A stretch of 64,000 nt of DNA from Limisphaerales bacterium (GTDB taxonomy: Bacteria; Verrucomicrobiota; Verrucomicrobiia; Limisphaerales; Palsa-1400). The position numbers and the translations under genes are program-made. Within the stretch, counting starts at the first letter, position 1. Every line of letters begins with the position of its first letter. Shown here piece by piece: positions 58,910 to 64,000 of the stretch. The notes beneath the pieces were generated by a model. That model made no database searches and was not told the DNA's origin. It saw only the letters and a program-made list of their open reading frames with translations. Where the stretch lies: assembly GCA_052139695.1 (NCBI GenBank), contig JBKQWF010000307.1, forward strand, positions 3,996 to 67,995, given 5' to 3'.

Positions 58910-60202
58910 ATGTCTGAAGAAACGCCGAAACCGGCAAGTTCCGAGGGAGTCGCTTCTCCCGCAACCCCGCAGGAAGCCGCGCCGAAACCGGCCGGTCCCG
59001 CGGCAGTGGCCTCGCCGGCTTCCCCCAAGGAATCCGCCCCAAAGAAGAAGGGGCGGGGATGGCTCGTTGTCCTCATCCTCATTCCGGCTCTTTTGCTCGG
59101 CATTATTCTGTTTCGCGTCATTTTCCGCCGGCCGAAACCGGCGCCCCCGCCGCCGCCTGTGGCGATTTCAACGGCCACCGCCACCCAGGGCGACATGGGC
59201 ATCTATCAGGATGGCTTGCTCGGCGTGGTGACGCCGCTGGCCACCGTCTCCGTCCCGAGCCAAGTCAGCGGGCAATTGGTGAAAGTAAATTATAGCGAAG
59301 GACAAATTGTCACCAACGGCGATGTCCTGGCCGAGATTGATCCGCGGCCCTATCAGGCAGCCTTGGACTCGGCGCAGGGGCAGTGGGCGCGCGATAAGGC
59401 GCTGCTGGCCGAAGCGCAGATGGACCTCAAGCGCTATCAAGCCGCTTATGAGACAAAGTCCATCCCAAAGCAGCAACTCGACGATCAGGCTGCCTTGGTG
59501 GACCAGGATCTTGGCACCGTCAAATACGACGAAGGCCAAGTGGAAAGCGCCAAAGTGCAACTGGGCTTTTGCAGCATCACCACTCCCATTTCCGGCCGGG
59601 TCGGCTTGCGCTTGATTGATCCAGGCAACGTGGTTCTGTCTAGTTCCACCAACGCCCTGGTCATGATCACCCAACTGCAGCCGATCACGGTCATTTTCAG
59701 CGTGGCGGAGGATTTTTTACCGGACATCCAGCGCCAAATGGGCTTGGGAAACCACATGATCGTGCAGGCATTTGACCACTCTGAACAGACCAATCTGGAC
59801 ACCGGCAGCGTGCTCGCGCTTGATAACCTGATCGACACAACCACCGGCACCATCCGGGTGCGGGCGATTTTCACCAACAAGAACAACATTCTCTTCCCCA
59901 ACCAGTTCGTCAATACGAAGTTGCTCATTGAGACGCTGCACAACCAGACGCTGATTCCGACTTCCACCGTGCAGCGCAACGGCGCGGCGGCATTCGTTTA
60001 TGTGGTGACGGAGAATGAAACCGTAAAAACGCAGGATATCACCCTGATCAGAACCGACGGTGACACCTCCGCGGTGCAAGGGATTAAGCCGGGGCAAGTC
60101 ATCGCCGCGGACAACTTCAACCGTCTTCAGGACGGGGCCAAAGTGAGGCTGCGGGGAGCCGGGGGCAATGAGGGTGGCGGCCGAAGGAAGACCAGCGGAT
60201 GA
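58910..60202 (+). CDS. RND efflux periplasmic adaptor (membrane fusion protein, MdtA-like)
   Basis: 430 aa. Pro/Ala-rich N-terminus, one TM helix, then the lipoyl/hairpin blocks [22 protein letters not shown] and [13 protein letters not shown]. Confidence 0.88.
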   Translation: MSEETPKPASSEGVASPATPQEAAPKPAGPAAVASPASPKESAPKKKGRGWLVVLILIPALLLGIILFRVIFRRPKPAPPPPPVAISTATATQGDMGIYQDGLLGVVTPLATVSVPSQVSGQLVKVNYSEGQIVTNGDVLAEIDPRPYQAALDSAQGQWARDKALLAEAQMDLKRYQAAYETKSIPKQQLDDQAALVDQDLGTVKYDEGQVESAKVQLGFCSITTPISGRVGLRLIDPGNVVLSSSTNALVMITQLQPITVIFSVAEDFLPDIQRQMGLGNHMIVQAFDHSEQTNLDTGSVLALDNLIDTTTGTIRVRAIFTNKNNILFPNQFVNTKLLIETLHNQTLIPTSTVQRNGAAAFVYVVTENETVKTQDITLIRTDGDTSAVQGIKPGQVIAADNFNRLQDGAKVRLRGAGGNEGGGRRKTSG

Positions 60203-63200
60203 GCCCATCCCGGCCATTTATTCTTCGGCCAGTGGCGACGACGCTGCTGATGGCCGCCATTCTTTTGGTGGGGATAGTCGCGTATGTTCAATTGCCCGTC
60301 TCCGCTTTGCCGGAAGTGGATTATCCCACCATTCAAGTGGTGACGTTCTATCCCGGAGCCAGTCCGGACGTGGTGGCTTCCGCCGTCACGGCGCCGCTTG
60401 AACGCCAGTTCGGCCAGGTGCCCGGCCTCAATCAGATGACTTCCACCAGTTCCGGCGGCAGTTCGATTATTACGATGCAGTTCTCGCTGCTGCTGAACAT
60501 CGACGTGGCCGAGCAAGAAGTGCAGGCGGCCATCAACGCGGCACAGACTTATCTGCCGAACGACCTGCCCGTTCCGCCGATTTACAGCAAATCCAATCCC
60601 GCCGACGCCCCCATCCTGACGCTGGCGCTGACTTCCAAGACCATTCCTCTTTCCAAAGTGGAGGATTTGGCGGACACGCGTCTGGCGCAGAAGATTTCCC
60701 AATTGCCGGGCATCGGCCTGGTCACCATTGTCGGCGGGCAAAAGCCGGCGGTGCGCATTCAGGCCAACCCCACCGCCCTGTCCGCCTACGGTTTGAACCT
60801 GGAGAACCTTCGCACCGCCGTGGCGCAAGCCAGCATTAACCAGGCGAAAGGCAATTTTGACGGCCCCAAACAAGGGTATCTGATCGATGCCAACGATCAG
60901 CTCTTGAGCAGCGAGGATTACAACAATTCCGTCGTGGTGGCCTACCGGAAAGGCGCTCCCGTGATGCTGCGAGACGTGGCCCGCGCGGTCGATGGACTGG
61001 AGAATACCAAACAAGCCGCCTGGATGAATGACGTTCCGGCGGTGCTGGTGAACGTCCAGCGACAGCCGGGCGCCAACATTATCCAGGTCGTCAACCGCAT
61101 CAAAGCGCGCTTGCCGCAACTGCAAGCCACCCTTCCCGCTTCGATCCAAATCTCCGTCCTGACCGACCGCACCACGACCATCCGGGCTTCGGTCAAAGAC
61201 ATTCAATTTGAATTGCTTTTGACCGTGGCGCTGGTCGTCATGATCATGTTTGTTTTTCTCCGCAATCTCCCGGCCACGATCATCCCCAGCGTCGCGGTTC
61301 CGTTATCGCTCGTGGGCACGTTCGCCGCCATGTACCTGCTGGGTTACAGCATCAACAACCTGACCCTGATGGCGTTGACCATTTCCACGGGTTTCGTGGT
61401 GGACGACGCCATCGTCATGATCGAAAACATCGTCCGCTACATCGAGAAAGGGGAAAAGCCGCTGGAGGCCGCCTTGAGGGGGGCGGGAGAAATTGGGTTC
61501 ACCATCGTCTCGCTGACGATTTCCCTGGTGGCGGTGTTGATCCCCCTTTTGTTCATGGGCGACATCGTCGGGCGCTTATTTAGCCAATTTGCCGTCACTT
61601 TGGCGGTCACCATTCTCGTCTCAGCCGTTGTTTCCCTGACGCTCACGCCGATGATGTGCTCGCGATTTCTGCGGGAAAAATCGGACGAACACCATGGGCG
61701 CCTCTACGAGGCCTCCGAGCGGGTCTGGCAATCGGTCATCGGTTTTTATGGACGGACTTTGAAGTGGATTCTCAACCATCAGGGGATGACGCTGATCGTG
61801 GCGGTTTTGACCCTGGTCTTGACAGTTTTCCTCTACATGATCGTGCCAAAGGGCTTTTTCCCGGTGCAGGACACGGGAGTGATTCAAGGTATTTCACAGG
61901 CCCCGCCGGTCACTTCCTTTCCCGCGATGGTCCAAAAACAGCAGCAACTGGCGGACGTTATTCTCCAGGACCCGGCGGTGGAGAGTCTTTCCTCCTTCAT
62001 CGGGGCCGATGGCATCAATACGACGATCAATAGCGGGCGCATTCTCATCAATCTCAAACCCCTGGAAACGCGTCACCTCACCGCCTTGGAAGTGATGAGC
62101 CGACTGCAGCCAAAGTTGGATCAAGTTGAAGGGATCAGCCTCTACATGCAGCCGATCCAGGACTTGACTGTCGAAGACCGCGTCAGCCGGACGCAATATC
62201 AATTTACCTTGGAAGACCCGGACGCCGCCGAATTGCGGACCTTGTCCGCCAAGTTTTTGGAGAAACTCAAGGCCTTGCCGCAACTGCGGGACGTGGCGAC
62301 GGATGACCAGCCCGGCGGTTTGCAAACCAAATTGGTCTTTGACCGCAAAACGGCTTCGCGGCTGGGCATTTCCACCCAAGCCATCGACAACACGCTTTAC
62401 GATGCCTTTGGGCAACGGGAAGTGAATACGCTGTTCACGCAATTGAACCAATACCACGTGGTGTTGGAAACGACGCCGGAATTTCAGACCAACCCGAAAA
62501 AACTCGACCACATTTTCGTCACCTCGGCCAGCGGCGGGGCCGTGCCGTTAAGCACCTTTATGCACTTTGAATCGGGGACCGCGCCCTTGTCGGTCAACCA
62601 TCAGGGGCAATTTCCCGTCGTCACCTTTTCCTTCAACCTCGCCCCGAACGCCTCATTGGGCGAAGCGGTCGCCCAGATTGATAAGATCGAAAAGGAGATG
62701 AAGATGCCGCTTTCCGTCCTGGCCTCCTTTCAAGGCACCGCCCAGGCTTTCAAGACTTCGTTGACCAACGAGCCGCTACTCATCCTGGCGGCCTTGGTGA
62801 CGGTCTATATTGTGCTGGGAGTTTTGTATGAGAGTTTTATTCACCCCATCACCATTCTCTCGACGCTGCCCTCGGCCGGGGTCGGGGCTTTGCTCGCGTT
62901 GCTGATTTGCGGCACGGAGTTGGACGTGGTTGGCATTATTGGCATAATCCTGCTCATCGGCATTGTCAAGAAGAATGGCATCATGATGGTCGATTTCGCG
63001 CTGGAGGGCGAACGACAGCACGGCAAGAGACCGGAAGAAGCCATCTACGACGCGTGCCTTTTGCGGTTTCGTCCCATTATGATGACAACCATGACCGCCC
63101 TGCTGGGCGGTTTGCCGCTGGCGTTGGGAACGGGCACGGGCGCGGAACTGCGGCGGCCGCTGGGCATCACGATCGTCGGCGGGCTGCTCCTCAGCCAAAT

Positions 63201-63315
63201 GCTGACCCTCTACACCACCCCCGTCATTTATCTGTTCATGGACCGGTTCGCGCAAAAGAAACCGCAAGAGGTCCGGGCTGAGGCGCCCGTCCACACCGCT
63301 CCCGTGGGAATATGA
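60199..63315 (+). CDS. RND multidrug efflux permease (MdtB-like)
   Basis: 1038 aa with an ATGA overlap. [40 protein letters not shown], and the 12-TM RND architecture. Confidence 0.92.
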   Translation: MSPSRPFILRPVATTLLMAAILLVGIVAYVQLPVSALPEVDYPTIQVVTFYPGASPDVVASAVTAPLERQFGQVPGLNQMTSTSSGGSSIITMQFSLLLNIDVAEQEVQAAINAAQTYLPNDLPVPPIYSKSNPADAPILTLALTSKTIPLSKVEDLADTRLAQKISQLPGIGLVTIVGGQKPAVRIQANPTALSAYGLNLENLRTAVAQASINQAKGNFDGPKQGYLIDANDQLLSSEDYNNSVVVAYRKGAPVMLRDVARAVDGLENTKQAAWMNDVPAVLVNVQRQPGANIIQVVNRIKARLPQLQATLPASIQISVLTDRTTTIRASVKDIQFELLLTVALVVMIMFVFLRNLPATIIPSVAVPLSLVGTFAAMYLLGYSINNLTLMALTISTGFVVDDAIVMIENIVRYIEKGEKPLEAALRGAGEIGFTIVSLTISLVAVLIPLLFMGDIVGRLFSQFAVTLAVTILVSAVVSLTLTPMMCSRFLREKSDEHHGRLYEASERVWQSVIGFYGRTLKWILNHQGMTLIVAVLTLVLTVFLYMIVPKGFFPVQDTGVIQGISQAPPVTSFPAMVQKQQQLADVILQDPAVESLSSFIGADGINTTINSGRILINLKPLETRHLTALEVMSRLQPKLDQVEGISLYMQPIQDLTVEDRVSRTQYQFTLEDPDAAELRTLSAKFLEKLKALPQLRDVATDDQPGGLQTKLVFDRKTASRLGISTQAIDNTLYDAFGQREVNTLFTQLNQYHVVLETTPEFQTNPKKLDHIFVTSASGGAVPLSTFMHFESGTAPLSVNHQGQFPVVTFSFNLAPNASLGEAVAQIDKIEKEMKMPLSVLASFQGTAQAFKTSLTNEPLLILAALVTVYIVLGVLYESFIHPITILSTLPSAGVGALLALLICGTELDVVGIIGIILLIGIVKKNGIMMVDFALEGERQHGKRPEEAIYDACLLRFRPIMMTTMTALLGGLPLALGTGTGAELRRPLGITIVGGLLLSQMLTLYTTPVIYLFMDRFAQKKPQEVRAEAPVHTAPVGI

Positions 63316-64000
63316 ACCTTTCCGCCCCGTTCATTCGGCGCCCCGTGGCCACGACGTTGTTGACCGCGGCGGTGGCGCTTTCGGGGGCGGTGGCTTTCAT
63401 TTTGCTGCCGGTATCGCCGCTGCCCCAAATTGATTTTCCCACGATTTCCGTGGGGGCGGGCCTTCCCGGCGGCAGTCCAGAGGTCATGGCGTCGTCCGTC
63501 GCCACGCCGCTGGAAAGGCAATTTGGACGCATCTCCAGCATAACGGAGATGACCTCGTCGAGCACGCTCGGGACAACGACCATCACCATCCAATTCGATT
63601 TGAATCGAAACATTGATGGCGCGGCGCGCGATGTTCAGGCCGCCATCAATGCCGCCCGGGCCTACCTGCCCGCCAATCTGCCGATGAATCCCACCTGGCG
63701 GAAGGTCAACCCCGCCGACGCGCCCATCATGATCGTGGCCCTCACCTCGTCGATCTACGACCGCGGGGCCCTTTATGATGCCGCTTCCACCGTTTTGATG
63801 CAGAGGCTTTCGCAGATTCCAGGCGTCGGCCAGGTCATTGTCGGCGGCGGCGCGCTGCCCGCGGTGCGGGTGGAACTGAATCCCACCCAGCTCAACAGTT
63901 ACGGCCTGGGGCTGAAGGACGTGGCCACCCTCTTGAGCAATCAGAACGCCAACCTGGCCAAAGGCCAGTTCGCCGATGATAAAACGACGGCGGACATTAC
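63312..64000 (+). CDS. Second RND efflux permease (MdtC-like), 3' end cut by the window
   Basis: Absent from the track because it is truncated. Hand translation from the ATG at 63312, which overlaps the upstream stop (ATGA), gives [72 protein letters not shown]. Confidence 0.85.
   Translation, partial: MNLSAPFIRRPVATTLLTAAVALSGAVAFILLPVSPLPQIDFPTISVGAGLPGGSPEVMASSVATPLERQFGRISSITEMTSSSTLGTTTITIQFDLNRNIDGAARDVQAAINAARAYLPANLPMNPTWRKVNPADAPIMIVALTSSIYDRGALYDAASTVLMQRLSQIPGVGQVIVGGGALPAVRVELNPTQLNSYGLGLKDVATLLSNQNANLAKGQFADDKTTADI

Noticed and set aside
60127-61206. 359-aa minus-strand ORF
   Set aside because: It is antisense to the RND permease gene and is a shadow ORF.
1-64000. Search for CRISPR arrays, tRNA/rRNA/tmRNA genes, transposases, integrases and prophage blocks
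   Set aside because: The only tandem repeats are 2-4 copies without spacers. No intergenic segment showed cloverleaf-like or rRNA-like sequence by eye, and no ORF carried DDE, tyrosine-recombinase or serine-recombinase motifs. Small structured RNAs cannot be excluded without a covariance-model scan.

Overview
This is a GC-rich chromosomal window of about 64 kb. Gene content and the intergenic repeat style suggest a PVC-group (Verrucomicrobiota-like) bacterium, but that is inference. All calls come from reading the supplied ORF translations and the DNA by eye; I ran no searches or computations. I support about 50 protein-coding genes. Housekeeping genes: adk, malQ, tsaD, a serA-like gene, the rpsP-KH-trmD-rplS operon, an S41 protease, an M20 peptidase and an APC permease. 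Signalling genes are numerous: five histidine kinases, LuxR-, NtrC- and HDOD-type regulators, and an ECF sigma fusion. There are also secreted glycoside-hydrolase-like proteins, a vapBC pair and an RND efflux operon that is cut by the window end. I saw no rRNA, tRNA, CRISPR array, transposase or integrase. The most interesting items are: (1) A tightly coupled + strand array at 51408-58745. Its first five genes are a short thymidylate-synthase-fold protein, a B12-binding radical SAM enzyme, a thymidylate-kinase-like P-loop kinase, a Ham1/HIT fusion and a SAM methyltransferase. Together they read like an undescribed pathway for a modified pyrimidine nucleotide. They are followed by a truncated pyruvate-kinase-like, VTC and DUF4956 trio. 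(2) A DUF2760 plus two atypical Hsp70 genes on the minus strand (25195-30541). It sits downstream of a 1.2-kb repeat-rich regulatory region and carries a nested hairpin between the two paralogs. (3) At least three families of REP-like palindromic intergenic elements, including near-identical copies bracketing tsaD. (4) Several decayed gene remnants: a toxin-antitoxin stub, SDR and isochorismatase fragments, a frameshifted beta-propeller hydrolase and a small DNA-binding-protein pseudogene. Many long antisense ORFs in the track are GC-driven shadow ORFs and were rejected.
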